A stretch of 64,000 bases of DNA from Vampirovibrionales bacterium (GCA_044348005.1 JBIKTR010000004.1:715-64714), one strand, 5' to 3'. Positions 35,297-44,196 are shown, numbered from the stretch's first letter. Numbers and translations are program-made. The notes: a model not told the origin generated them from the letters alone.

Positions 35297-36985
35297 ATGA
35301 TGTCTATTAAGCAGTCGTCTCTTCATTACCATAGCCTTGCAAAGCCAAAAGCGGAACAAGATGAATCGCTTGAGCGAAGGGCTTCTTCGCCTTTGTTGAC
35401 TCGCGCGGTGAATCTGGAAGCGTCTTCTTGCGATGCCTTTGAAGCCCAAGCCCCCGTGCCTGAACAAGCGCGTGAACAAGGCCATGAACAAAAAGGGAAC
35501 ATACGCAAAAAAGTCTCTCTAACCCAACGACTTAACCCCTTTAATCGACGAAAAAAACATCCGCAAAAACCTGAAAAGACAGAGGTGTCCCCCGAACTAC
35601 TGACCTTGGCCGCGGCGGGTTACTTGTCCACCTTGAATCCCGCTTTGGCGGCGGGGTTGGCGTCTAAAATTGACTCGCAATTCTTTTGGGACTTTACGAT
35701 TTTAGATTTTGTCGGCATGGGATTCCCACGTATTTCACGTTCCTTGCAACGAGGGGCCGTGCCGTATGATCCCCTAAAAGATCCTGAAGCCCAAAAACGA
35801 AGCGGGCTTGACAAATGGTTCTACATTCGACGAAAAAAGGCGGAAAATGCCAATTGGCCCAACTTAGGTGAAGAAATGATGAGAGAAATCCAAGCCGCCC
35901 CAGGTTCCTTGCTGGTGCCTGCCTTGGTATTTGGATTATTGCCGTTTGTGAGTCGAAACAAATACCTCAGCTGGACGGGGCGTCGCAACATGTTGATGAA
36001 TGAACAAGATTTAATGCTCGAACATCAAAACTTACAACAGTTTCTCACTGAAACGACCCCCCTGCCCCCACGTTACTCACAAGAGGGCGCTTCACTAGAA
36101 GCCTTGGGCAAAGGCTATGTGGAACGGGTATTTAAAGGCATTCCAGAGCCTATGCGTCATGAACAAGTGGCGATTGAGATTAAGGGAAATGGGGTCATTA
36201 ACCCCTATTATCATATGAGTAAAGGGCATTTGAAAACGCTACAAAAAGGCTTGAACGACGATGAACTATTTGGGCTTAAACAAGCGTTAAATCGCCATCC
36301 TCAACTCACCAAAACGTCTTCGCTGTCTTTAGAAAACGTGACCTTAACACAAGTGGTTCAGGCGATTGCCGAAGTACAAGGTAAGTTACTCGCCTTTGAT
36401 GTTCAACACGGCGCAGGCTCCATGTTCTTCAACGCGAAACATCGTCAAGAACATGCGTTATTAACGGCTAAAATGCAGGCACTCTTCAACATTGCTGAAG
36501 CAACCGCAATGAAAGTCAACGCCATTCATTGCCCAGAAACCCGTATGCAACAACAAATGACGCATCTGCCCACGATGAATGGCACCACCTACACCCCTAA
36601 AGCGATTTTACACCATTTACAAATGATGGACAAGGGCCGTGATTTAATGGTGGCCACCTTCCGTCGGTTTTTTGCTCATTCAAACAACGGCAAAACTTTA
36701 CAAGAAACGCTTAGCCAATCGTTAAATACGGCCAAAGCCACCAAAGCCTTCATCACCCTAGGCTCTTTTATGTGGATGATGAGTTGGTTGTGGTACCTGT
36801 CTCACGCCATTCAACGGGGGCGTGAATACCCCGCCAACCGCTTGGTCATGTTCAACAAGCCCACGCAAAAAAGCACGCAAGCCCCTGTTCCTTCAGAAGG
36901 CTTGCCTTTGACTAAGAAAGACGCCACCGCTGAACCTTTAAAGGTGATGCGTTCCACGCCAATTGAAGAGGGTAAAGCGTCATGA
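35297..36985 (+). CDS. large orphan membrane protein, first of a coupled pair
   Basis: ORF track 35285..36985 (TTG); the first ATG is at 35297. Basic low-complexity N-terminus. Hydrophobic segments LLVPALVFGLLPFV and C-terminal FITLGSFMWMMSWLWYL. No known motif. Confidence 0.55.
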   Translation: MMSIKQSSLHYHSLAKPKAEQDESLERRASSPLLTRAVNLEASSCDAFEAQAPVPEQAREQGHEQKGNIRKKVSLTQRLNPFNRRKKHPQKPEKTEVSPELLTLAAAGYLSTLNPALAAGLASKIDSQFFWDFTILDFVGMGFPRISRSLQRGAVPYDPLKDPEAQKRSGLDKWFYIRRKKAENANWPNLGEEMMREIQAAPGSLLVPALVFGLLPFVSRNKYLSWTGRRNMLMNEQDLMLEHQNLQQFLTETTPLPPRYSQEGASLEALGKGYVERVFKGIPEPMRHEQVAIEIKGNGVINPYYHMSKGHLKTLQKGLNDDELFGLKQALNRHPQLTKTSSLSLENVTLTQVVQAIAEVQGKLLAFDVQHGAGSMFFNAKHRQEHALLTAKMQALFNIAEATAMKVNAIHCPETRMQQQMTHLPTMNGTTYTPKAILHHLQMMDKGRDLMVATFRRFFAHSNNGKTLQETLSQSLNTAKATKAFITLGSFMWMMSWLWYLSHAIQRGREYPANRLVMFNKPTQKSTQAPVPSEGLPLTKKDATAEPLKVMRSTPIEEGKAS

Positions 36986-38829
36986 AGCCGTCGAATCCTT
37001 CCACCCCACATAACAACCTTTTCGTTAATGCGCTGAACCATTTTTATTATGAGGATGTCAAGAGCATTCCAAGTCGCGGTCGTAACTTGGCCGAACGCTT
37101 GAACGCCCAAGCACGTAATACAGACAATGTGGCGTCTAAAGCAGTGCAAAAAACAACCGCACAAATTACGTCACTATTGACGGATAGCGTTGAATTCGCC
37201 AAATTTGAAAAAACCCCCGAACTCTTTGGTGCCACCATTCCGAAACTGCCTTTGACGTTCTTAATTTTAATGTTTTTTGGTTCCATGATGCCGGCCCGCA
37301 TGCATTCAGAATACTTAAGGGCTCCAGCCTTGGATGAAAATCAAGACGGCATTGCCGAAGGCCATGACTACCGTGCCATTCGAGATGTACTGATTCGAGA
37401 TGTGCTGTCTATTTCACTCTTCTTATTTGCTTTAGAACCTGTGAAACAAGCGATGCTTGCCAAAAAACAAAAAGACGGCACCTTATTTAGTTTGGGTTAT
37501 AGCCCAAAGCACAATAACTTAATGCTCATGTACGGAAGCCTGAACCCTCGTAAGCCGCAACATTCCATTTCTTACCCCAACATTGAAGAAATCTATAACC
37601 TTACGCCACAAGCCCCTGAAACGTTGGCCAAACTCGCGGCCATGCACAAAGCCAACAATAATCTCGCTAAACCTATGCAAGATTACCTTCAAGCGTACCC
37701 CCTGTGGCAGAAGGAAAACGCGTCGTTTTTAAAGGTGTTACAAGATCCCCATGCAACCCCAGAAGAACAAGCCAAAGCACGTTTTATGCTTCAATTTTCA
37801 GACGCCCTAAAAACAAAGGGGCAGAGCCTTCTAGCGCATACGCAAGAATTAGGCAGCGCCAAAACGCATTTGCGTACCCATCTTTATGAAGCCGTAAGCG
37901 GATTACCAGCTGAAGCAGGTGCAACGACGATGCGTCGTCAAACCCTCAATGCGGATTCGGATACCTTGATTCGTCGCTTATTTGAACTACCAGGGCTTGA
38001 AAAAATGGAAGCCGTTCAAAAATTAGATTTAGAGGCGTTAAACTCTATTTTAGAACAAGATCTTGAAGCCCTTGGTGAAAAAATTAAGGTTCAAGCCTTA
38101 GTTAATCTCCCTGACGCGCAGTCGTATTTGGCGCCTGCCACCCGAAGCGCAGATTACACCAGATTTAAAGCGCATGTAGACTTGGCCATGAAACAGGGAG
38201 ATATAGGGGCCTTCCATCTCATGGCGGACAAAGCCATGAACTACCAGCATTTTATTGATGTCTGTACCCGACAAGTCCTCTCAAGTCATCCCACCTCTTC
38301 TGAAGGCAAGCCCTTAAGCTATTCACATGTGTTTAACACCCTTAAAAATGAACATTTTGCTCAGCTAGAAGACAGCATCGCGTCCTACAGAGCAGGGCAA
38401 AACCTCTTAGATGCGTTGAAGTCTGAACATGGAGAGGGGATCTTAACCCACTTTAAAGCCATGTATACCCATTCAGCCAATGCCATGAAGCAAGTCGATG
38501 CCTTGGATGCCAGCGTGAAGCAACTCCAACACGAAGGGGCTAGGTACTTAAAAACGTCCTTTAACTTTTTGGGTACTCAAATACCGCTCCCTGCGGTGGA
38601 TTGGTTCAAGAAACAACTCAAACTCCAGACCCTTCAATCCTTAGATGTTCGGCGTATTCTCTCAGAATCCGCCCGAAATATGCGTTCCCCTGTCGATTCA
38701 ATCGGCTACGTTTTAGTGGCGGCATGTATTGGGTTTTTCCCCGTATGGTTAAATCAAGTCGTCACTGAAACCGAATATCGCCTAAAAAAAGCAAAAGATG
38801 CTCCAGCGAAACAGGAACCGTCTTTATAA
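36982..38829 (+). CDS. large orphan membrane protein, second of a coupled pair
   Basis: ATGA start/stop overlap with the upstream gene. Hydrophobic segments LPLTFLILMFFGSMM, VLSISLFLFAL and C-terminal IGYVLVAACIGFFPVWL. The long central region looks helical. Confidence 0.55.
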   Translation: MKPSNPSTPHNNLFVNALNHFYYEDVKSIPSRGRNLAERLNAQARNTDNVASKAVQKTTAQITSLLTDSVEFAKFEKTPELFGATIPKLPLTFLILMFFGSMMPARMHSEYLRAPALDENQDGIAEGHDYRAIRDVLIRDVLSISLFLFALEPVKQAMLAKKQKDGTLFSLGYSPKHNNLMLMYGSLNPRKPQHSISYPNIEEIYNLTPQAPETLAKLAAMHKANNNLAKPMQDYLQAYPLWQKENASFLKVLQDPHATPEEQAKARFMLQFSDALKTKGQSLLAHTQELGSAKTHLRTHLYEAVSGLPAEAGATTMRRQTLNADSDTLIRRLFELPGLEKMEAVQKLDLEALNSILEQDLEALGEKIKVQALVNLPDAQSYLAPATRSADYTRFKAHVDLAMKQGDIGAFHLMADKAMNYQHFIDVCTRQVLSSHPTSSEGKPLSYSHVFNTLKNEHFAQLEDSIASYRAGQNLLDALKSEHGEGILTHFKAMYTHSANAMKQVDALDASVKQLQHEGARYLKTSFNFLGTQIPLPAVDWFKKQLKLQTLQSLDVRRILSESARNMRSPVDSIGYVLVAACIGFFPVWLNQVVTETEYRLKKAKDAPAKQEPSL

Positions 38830-38928
38830 TGCTTTAGCCTATCATCAAATTAGCTAAAGTTTACCAGCCCCCACTATATATCTATGCTAAACTGTTCGAT
38901 ATGTTCACTTTGAAAAGGACACAAACCC

Positions 38929-39996
38929 ATGTACACAGGCATTTTAAATCAGTATCAAGAACTCTACGGCTTTGCGGAAGACTACCCTGTTGTTAGCCTC
39001 CATGAAGGCAACACGCCGTTGATCCCTGCCCTGCGACTCGCCAACTGCTTGGGCGTGGAAGGCTTGAAAGTCTACCTCAAATACGAAGGCTTAAACCCCA
39101 CAGGCAGTTTTAAGGATCGTGGCATGACCTATGCTGTGTCCCAAGCCAAGTTCGACGGTGCTGAAACGGTGGTGTGTGCGTCTACAGGCAATACGTCTGC
39201 CGCCTGTGCCGCCTATGCCACACGTGCCAGATTAAAATCGCTGGTGATTATTCCTGAAGGCAAAATCGCTTTAGGCAAGTTGAGCCAAGCCCTGATGTAC
39301 GGTGCCAGCATCATTGAAATTGCGGGTAATTTCGACCAAGCCCTCAACATTGTGCGCATGCTGGGGGAACGTGACAAACGCCTTGCGGTGGTCAATTCCA
39401 TTAACCCGTACCGTATTTTAGGGCAACAATCAGGGGCGTGGGAAATCTGCGATGCCCTTGGTCAAGCCCCCGATCAATTCTTCATTCCTGTAGGCAATGC
39501 AGGCAACATTACGGCGTATTGGGCAGGTTTTAAGAAGTATCACGACTTGGGTAAAATCGACCAGCTCCCCGTGATGATGGGCTACCAAGCCGAAGGGGCA
39601 GCCCCGATCGTGCGTGGCCATGCGGTGGAACAGCCTGAAACGGTGGCCACCGCCATTCGCATTGGCAACCCAGCCAGTTGGCAAGGGGCAACCGATGCCA
39701 GAGACCAAAGCGGTGGACACATTGATTTAGTCACGGATGCGGACATTTTAGGGGCGTATTCATGTCTCGCTCGGCATGAAGGCGTGTTTTGCGAGCCTGC
39801 ATCCGCAGCGAGTGTGGCGGGTTTAATGAAAGCCTGTGCCCAAGGGCGTGTGAAGCCTCATTCGACGGTGGTGTGTATTTTAACAGGCAACGGCTTGAAG
39901 GATCCGGATAATGCGGTGTTGGTCGGCACGAAAGAGGTGGCTCGGGTGAGTCTGCCTGCAGACGAATCCGCCATTTGCGAGTATCTGGGGGTTTAG
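38929..39996 (+). CDS. thrC: threonine synthase
   Basis: PLP-lysine motif NPTGSFKDRGM. The 355-aa length fits the short ThrC class. Confidence 0.9.
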   Translation: MYTGILNQYQELYGFAEDYPVVSLHEGNTPLIPALRLANCLGVEGLKVYLKYEGLNPTGSFKDRGMTYAVSQAKFDGAETVVCASTGNTSAACAAYATRARLKSLVIIPEGKIALGKLSQALMYGASIIEIAGNFDQALNIVRMLGERDKRLAVVNSINPYRILGQQSGAWEICDALGQAPDQFFIPVGNAGNITAYWAGFKKYHDLGKIDQLPVMMGYQAEGAAPIVRGHAVEQPETVATAIRIGNPASWQGATDARDQSGGHIDLVTDADILGAYSCLARHEGVFCEPASAASVAGLMKACAQGRVKPHSTVVCILTGNGLKDPDNAVLVGTKEVARVSLPADESAICEYLGV

Positions 39997-40036
39997 GGGT
40001 ATCACTTAACTAATTTTTCAGAGAGTTTAAACAGTA

Positions 40037-41008
40037 ATGAAAAAAAGATCCTGTGGTTCCATTAAAGTTTTACTTTTACAGAAGTCAAGAGAGGCTGCTT
40101 TATCAGCAGTTCAGATTTTTAACAATCCTAATATTACGTTTAAATCTGAAACATATATTGTACTTATGATAATCGCATGGACTTATCTACATCATGCTTT
40201 TTTTAAAGAACATAAAATAGATTATAGATATAGAGATACCTCAAAGAGTAACGGTAAGAAAGTTGTCTATAAAAAAAGAGAAGACGACTACCTTTATTGG
40301 GACTTGAGCCATTGTATTAAACATGAACAAAGCCCATTAAGCGAGGCTTGTAAAAATAATTTAAAGTTTTTAATTGGTTTAAGAAATAAAGTTGAACATA
40401 AAATGATTAAAGATTTGGATGATGCTGTTAGTGCTAGACTTCAAGCATGCTGTCTTAACTTTAATAAATATATAAAAGAATTATTTGGGGAAAAATACTC
40501 CATTCACAATCATCTCACTTTTTCTCTCCAGTTCTCTAAACTTAACACTGAACAAAGAAGTTTAATAAAAGAGTATGACCTCCCTGAAACTATTGAGTCC
40601 TATATTGAGAAATTTGATTCTAATTTAAAACCTGATGAATATAATAATGATGAGTTTGCTATTCGGTATCTGTTCGTACCTAAACAAGCAAACCGAATAG
40701 GACAAGCAGACAAAGCAATAGAGTTTTTAAAAAAAGATTCAACTCTTACGGAAGAACTTAACAAACAATATGTTATATCAAAAGAAGTAGAGAAACCTAA
40801 ATTTAAACCTAAGAAAATTGTAAGCATGATGAAGGAATTAGGTTTTAATTTTGCAATGAAAGATTTTACTACTTTATGGCAAAACCACAAAGCTAAAGGC
40901 AATCCACAATATGGCGTATTTGTTTCTGAAAACAACTGGTATTGGTATCAAACATGGGTAGACAAAGTAAAAAAAGAGTGTGAAGAAAATCGAGAGAATC
41001 TAAAATAG
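40037..41008 (+). CDS. AT-rich orphan protein with an Rx4H (HEPN-like) motif
   Basis: LIGLRNKVEH (R116-H121, nt 40382-40399) in a predicted helical N-terminal domain. Hand counts of two stretches give about 27-35% G+C, whereas flanking thrC is clearly above 50%. Confidence 0.5.
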   Translation: MKKRSCGSIKVLLLQKSREAALSAVQIFNNPNITFKSETYIVLMIIAWTYLHHAFFKEHKIDYRYRDTSKSNGKKVVYKKREDDYLYWDLSHCIKHEQSPLSEACKNNLKFLIGLRNKVEHKMIKDLDDAVSARLQACCLNFNKYIKELFGEKYSIHNHLTFSLQFSKLNTEQRSLIKEYDLPETIESYIEKFDSNLKPDEYNNDEFAIRYLFVPKQANRIGQADKAIEFLKKDSTLTEELNKQYVISKEVEKPKFKPKKIVSMMKELGFNFAMKDFTTLWQNHKAKGNPQYGVFVSENNWYWYQTWVDKVKKECEENRENLK

Positions 41009-41249
41009 CTTATATGAAAGGAAACAAGTCTATGACCAACATTCACTAGATGCAGCGCTTTGAAAGACTATATTTACGAGAAGTAAAAGCATAAATTGTT
41101 TTGAGGACTTTCCCCATGGAGTTCACCGATTAGGGGGCTAAAGAATGCTTGCCCCCCCCGACTGCCTTGAAGAAAGAGACCATAGACCCTTTTATCTATC
41201 CAACACTATATTTGGTATGATGCTATTTTTCTGTCGCTTCAACATGTAA

Positions 41250-41619
41250 AAAAATCGTGCACTTTAGCCACTGGGCAAAGCGCTAAAAAATAGGGTATAC
41301 TGAAAAAGAGTGGCTTTTTTCAACAGCCCTTCACAACCCAGCAAATTCCTTGAAAATCGAGTAAAAAAACCGACTTTCGTGGCCAGAAAACGGACTTTCG
41401 TGGCCAGAAAACGGACTTTCGTGGCCAGAAAACGGACTTTCGTGGCCAGAAAACGGACTTTCGTGGCCAGAAAACGGACTTTTGTGGCCAGAAAATAGAC
41501 TTTCGTGGCCAGAAAACGGACTTTCGTGGCCAGAAAACGGACTTTTGTGGCCAGAAAATAGACTTTTGTGGCCAGAAAATAGACTTTTCGACACACGAAA
41601 TTAGGCCATTTTTACATCG
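41250..41619 (+). repeat. leader + 10.5 x 21-bp tandem repeat + tail element (copy 2)
   Basis: Ten units at 41372-41581, then a truncated eleventh unit from 41582. The leader and tail align with 11692-12062. Confidence 0.9.
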
Positions 41620-41715
41620 CTGGCAGGGGGGCAGGCGAGAGGGTTGACGTTTTTATGGCTATAACATTTACTCGCGGATGAATCACTAAGGCCTGTGACG
41701 TTGATTGAAAATGGC

Positions 41716-41746
41716 TTGACGTTACCCTGTTTTTAAGTGATACTAT
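41716..41746 (+). promoter_or_regulatory. promoter of the rpmG(C+)-tRNA-Trp unit
   Basis: TTGACG (41716-41721), a 17-nt spacer and GATACT. An alternative reading is the extended -10 TGaTACTAT. It lies about 50 nt upstream of the ATG. Confidence 0.45.
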
Positions 41747-41792
41747 AAATACCTTCTGATTTGTACCGCTTTAATTCTGGAGTCTTGCACCC

Positions 41793-41954
41793 ATGGGCTT
41801 AAAAGTAAAACGCAAAATTACCCTTGCCTGCAATGATTGCCAAGAACGAAACTATCAAACCGTTAAAAATCAGCAGGTGCATCGTGAACGCTTGGAAATG
41901 AATAAGTTCTGCCCCAAATGTCGTTCACACACCTTGCATAAAGAAACGAAGTAA
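41793..41954 (+). CDS. rpmG: 50S ribosomal protein L33, zinc-ribbon (C+) form; absent from the ORF track because it is under 60 aa
   Basis: Hand translation: [53 protein letters not shown], with CxxC...CxxC. Confidence 0.85.
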   Translation: MGLKVKRKITLACNDCQERNYQTVKNQQVHRERLEMNKFCPKCRSHTLHKETK

Positions 41955-41973
41955 CGCTTCATTGTTCTAAAAT

Positions 41974-42046
41974 GCGTCCCTAGTTCAGTTGGTAGAACGT
42001 CGGTCTCCAAAGCCGAATGTCGTGGGTTCAAGTCCTACGGGGCGCG
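41974..42046 (+). tRNA. tRNA-Trp, anticodon CCA
   Basis: Cloverleaf by hand: acceptor GCGTCCC/GGGGCGC, D arm GTTC-AGTTGGTA-GAAC, anticodon arm TCGGT-CTCCAAA-GCCGA and T arm GTGGG-TTCAAGT-CCTAC. Discriminator is G. Confidence 0.85.
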
Positions 42047-42057
42047 TTTTTCATTTT

Positions 42058-42103
42058 AAATAACAATGCCCCTTTTCTTATACGAAAAGAGGCATTGTTA
42101 TTT
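42058..42103. terminator. bidirectional intrinsic terminator between tRNA-Trp and the SPFH gene
   Basis: 19-bp stem with one mismatch, AAATAACAATGCCcCTTTTC / GAAAAGaGGCATTGTTATTT, and a 6-nt loop. T-runs flank both sides. Confidence 0.7.
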
Positions 42104-42117
42104 CAAAGTATACGTCC

Positions 42118-42966
42118 TTAAAATTCGTGATTGTCGGCTTTAGGCTGTAACGGAGCGGATTGAATCACGGGTAATAAAGAAGCATTCGCGGTGTGACTGA
42201 CGGCAAAATCCTTAAAGGCAGAAAGAATGTCAATAGGCACAGGGAATACGACCGTACTGGAGTTTTCTGTACTAATTTCAGCCAAGGTTTGCAGGTATCG
42301 CATTTGTAAGGCCATGGGGTAGCGTTCCATGAGTTGAGCCGCTTGACAAAGCTTTTCAGCGGCTTGAAACTCAGCGTCTGCCCCAATGATTTTGGCTCGA
42401 CGCTCACGCTCGGCTTCCGCTTGGCGAGCAATGGCTCGTTGCATATCCGCAGGCAATTCAACGTCTTTAATATCCACGTTGATGACTTTTATGCCCCACG
42501 GTTCTGTTTGATCATCAATAATCACTTCCAACTGTTCAGAAATGGCTTTTCGGTTTGAAAGCACGCTGTCTAATTCAAACTGCCCGATGATTGAACGCAA
42601 GATACTTTGTGCGGATTGACTGGTGGCATACGCATAGTTTTCAATCGAAACAACCGCCTTAACAGGATCCGCCACACGATAGTACACCACAGCAGAAACC
42701 CGCGCAGTGATGTTGTCCTTCGTAATCACGTCTTGCGGAGCAACATCCAGCGTCACCGTGCGCATGTCCACTTTCACCATTTTGTCAAGCAAGGGAATCA
42801 CAATGCCAATACCAGGCCCTAAAGGCCGCGGCTGTACTTTACCCAAGCGAAATACAACGCCCCGTTCATATTCATTAAAAATACGTAACCAACTAAACAA
42901 AATACGTAAAGCGGTTAAACCAATCACCACTTGCACGATTAAACCAATGATATTAAAGTCTTCCAT
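42118..42966 (-). CDS. SPFH/band-7 (stomatin-like) membrane protein
   Basis: N-terminal TM helix, then [11 protein letters not shown]...[20 protein letters not shown]...[18 protein letters not shown] lies 9 nt upstream of the ATG at 42966; the track start at 42999 lies inside a repeat arm. Confidence 0.85.
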   Translation of the reverse strand: MEDFNIIGLIVQVVIGLTALRILFSWLRIFNEYERGVVFRLGKVQPRPLGPGIGIVIPLLDKMVKVDMRTVTLDVAPQDVITKDNITARVSAVVYYRVADPVKAVVSIENYAYATSQSAQSILRSIIGQFELDSVLSNRKAISEQLEVIIDDQTEPWGIKVINVDIKDVELPADMQRAIARQAEAERERRAKIIGADAEFQAAEKLCQAAQLMERYPMALQMRYLQTLAEISTENSSTVVFPVPIDILSAFKDFAVSHTANASLLPVIQSAPLQPKADNHEF

Positions 42967-42990
42967 ATCTAGACGCTCCTTCTTCTTTGT

Positions 42991-43140
42991 TATAGCCATG
43001 TTTAGAGTGTCCTGTACAGTGTCTCTTCGTTGTCGCTACGATTCTCGATGTGCTTATGTACGTCTTTGTACACCTCACACATCTGCGAGTCTAGGCTCCT
43101 AAAATAGCCTACTGCACAGAAAACTCTAAACTTGGCTATA
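42991..43140 (+). repeat. dispersed palindromic element, member B
   Basis: 5' box at 43024-43042, a central bulged hairpin and the 3' box at 43091-43110. The outer arms 42991-43019 and 43112-43140 are complementary at 25 of 29 positions. Confidence 0.8.
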
Positions 43141-43200
43141 CATATCGATGCCCGCATTGTAGCAAATTAAATGAAATAAGTCTATCTTGTCTTTACGCGC

Positions 43201-44196
43201 CTACACGGCGGTGAGCTGAAGTTTGGTAAAGAGTTGAGCATCTCGACTGGCTTGGGGGTTCGGTGTTGTCAAGAGCGTTTCTCCACTAAAAATGGAGTTC
43301 GCCCCTGCCAAGAAGCACAAGGCTTGCGCTTCATCACTTAACGTTAAACGCCCTGCTGAAAGCCTGACCTTGGCGTGTGGAAACAAAATACGCGTGGTGG
43401 CAATTAATCGCACCAATTCAAGCGGATCCACAGGGGGCTGATGTTCAAGGGGCGTGCCTTCAACGGCAACCAAGCAGTTAATGGGAATCGATTCAGGCGG
43501 ATGCTCCAACGCCATCAAGGCGGCGAGTAGTTCTAGGCGTTGATCTTCGCTTTCACCCATGCCTAAAATCCCGCCACAGCACACTTGTAACCCCGCACGA
43601 CCCACCGCTTCAAGCGTCTGCAGACGGTCTTCATAGCTTCTGGTGCTAATGACTTCTTTGTAATAGTGAGGCGACGTGTCTAAATTGTGATTATACGCGG
43701 TCAGTCCAGCGTCTTTCAGGCGTTCGGCTTGCTTGGCGTCAATCATTCCCAAAGTCACACAAGCTTCTAGGCCTTCGGCTTTAACAGCTTTGACCATGTT
43801 TAACACGTGGGCAAAGGCTTCTTCGTTGGGGGGGGTGCGCCATGCAGCCCCCATGCAAAACCGACTGGCCCCATTGGCTTTGGCTTGGCTAACTTGGGAT
43901 TGAATCTCTTCTAAACTGGGCAAGTCGTAGGTGTCCACCCCCGTGTTGTATCGAGAGGATTGTGGGCAGTACTTACAGTCTTCGGGGCATTTACCACTTT
44001 TAATGTTGGCGAGTGTCGCCAACTGCACTTCCCCCACCCGTTGATTCGCTTGATGCACATCGCCTGCTAGATAAAGGAGTTGCAAGAACGGTTGATGATA
44101 GATGGCTTGGATTTCAGCGAGTTTTTCGCTTGCCACGGCAATGGCTTTTTCGGTGAGCGGGGCAGAACTAGGGGAGCAGGTCGACATAGAGGGCAT
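43201..44196 (-). CDS. bioB: biotin synthase
   Basis: Radical-SAM motif CPEDCKYCPQS, then GASRFCMGAAWR and the YNHNLDTS box. Confidence 0.9.
   Translation of the reverse strand: MPSMSTCSPSSAPLTEKAIAVASEKLAEIQAIYHQPFLQLLYLAGDVHQANQRVGEVQLATLANIKSGKCPEDCKYCPQSSRYNTGVDTYDLPSLEEIQSQVSQAKANGASRFCMGAAWRTPPNEEAFAHVLNMVKAVKAEGLEACVTLGMIDAKQAERLKDAGLTAYNHNLDTSPHYYKEVISTRSYEDRLQTLEAVGRAGLQVCCGGILGMGESEDQRLELLAALMALEHPPESIPINCLVAVEGTPLEHQPPVDPLELVRLIATTRILFPHAKVRLSAGRLTLSDEAQALCFLAGANSIFSGETLLTTPNPQASRDAQLFTKLQLTAV

Noticed and set aside
41372-41581. Replication origin (DnaA-box cluster) interpretation of the 21-bp arrays
   Set aside because: The unit contains TGTGG/CGTGG followed by CCAGAAAA, which only partly resembles TGTGGATAA or cyanobacterial TGTGGAAAA boxes. 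No dnaA or dnaN gene or AT-rich unwinding element is adjacent, and two near-identical origins 30 kb apart is implausible.
11692-41619. The two 370-bp direct repeats as borders of a 30-kb genomic island
   Set aside because: The interval is dominated by core housekeeping genes (folK, rnpB, pyrB, dapF, truB, rpmB, rpmG, rsmH, xseA, thrC) with normal composition, and it contains no integrase or transposase.
42967-42999. N-terminal 11 codons of the SPFH ORF; similar track-start extensions occur at 670, 8394, 13320, 33584, 46184, 47525 and 49664
   Set aside because: The extensions use TTG or GTG, or repeat-derived ATGs, without ribosome-binding sites. Internal ATGs with Shine-Dalgarno sequences give family-typical N-termini.
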